DNA of 6,811 nucleotides from a virus: IMG/VR virus record IMGVR_UViG_3300032245_000800, positions 1 to 6,811 of that record; one strand, 5' to 3'. Shown piece by piece: positions 6,598 to 6,811 of this stretch (position 1 is its first letter; each line of letters starts with the position of its first letter). The notes under the pieces were generated by a model. It saw only the letters and a program-made list of their open reading frames with translations, ran no database searches and was not told where the DNA came from. The position numbers and the translations under genes were made by a program.

Positions 6598-6687
6598 ATG
6601 ACAGAAAAAGCCTTTTATATATTTGCCCTTTTTTGTGGGGCTTTTTATATTTTCTATCTTTTTTATGGATTAAATTTTAGCGTCTGA
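6598..6687 (+). CDS. Possible 29 aa aromatic-rich hydrophobic peptide (34 aa if started at ATG 6583)
   Basis: MTEKAFYIFALFCGAFYIFYLFYGLNFSV. There is no convincing SD. It ends 1 nt before the terminal repeat and 36 nt before the terminator hairpin. Confidence 0.3.
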   Translation: MTEKAFYIFALFCGAFYIFYLFYGLNFSV

Positions 6688-6688
6688 A

Positions 6689-6811
6689 AGTTCGTATAAT
6701 GTGTGCCTGATTATGTAACATAGCCGATTTGCAACCATTTCTTTGGGCAAATCGGCGTTTTTTTACATAGTCGGCATTATGCGATCTGAAGGCTAGAGCA
6801 GGGGGCTTTTA
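6689..6811. repeat. Right copy of the exact direct repeat of at least 123 bp
   Basis: Identical to 1-123. It starts 1 nt after the stop codon of the last small ORF (6687). Confidence 0.95.
6723..6764 (+). terminator. Second copy of the same terminator, inside the right repeat
   Basis: Identical sequence to 35-76. It sits 36 nt downstream of the stop at 6687. Confidence 0.7.

Overview
The window holds one complete ~6.69 kb genome unit of a filamentous, inovirus-type phage or prophage (CTXphi/VGJphi-like), plus a 123 bp wrap-around. Positions 1-123 are identical to 6689-6811, so the unit length is 6688 bp. The sequence is therefore either a circular replicative form or episome written with terminal redundancy, or part of a head-to-tail tandem prophage array. 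Gene order is the classic inovirus order. A small divergent regulator lies on the minus strand. All other genes are on the plus strand: a small ORF translationally coupled to rep, a Rep_trans/RstA-type rolling-circle initiator, a gV-like ssDNA-binding protein and small hydrophobic virion-cap candidates. These are followed by a signal-peptide-bearing major coat protein, a large pIII-like adsorption protein, a pVI-like protein and a Zot/pI-like assembly ATPase. Two tiny membrane-peptide ORFs follow, in the slot where CTXphi carries cargo. I see no integrase, secretin (pIV), tRNA, rRNA or CRISPR. Points worth follow-up: (1) a near-canonical 28 bp dif-like XerC/XerD site inside the genome at 2240-2267, and a second aberrant site at the repeat boundary with an 11 nt spacer, in direct orientation; (2) a duplicated coat-protein C-terminal module; (3) an unusual pIII architecture with 14 Cys, a slippage-prone Gly-Ser repeat and periodic helical repeats; (4) a nested fourfold GAGTGTCT inverted-repeat structure; (5) a GC-rich hairpin abutting the zot ribosome-binding site; (6) the post-zot mini-ORFs. 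Functional calls rest on motifs and architecture read by eye, because no database search was possible. The host guess (Acinetobacter or another Moraxellaceae) is inference only, from the AT-rich composition and the TTCGTATAA XerC-arm flavour.
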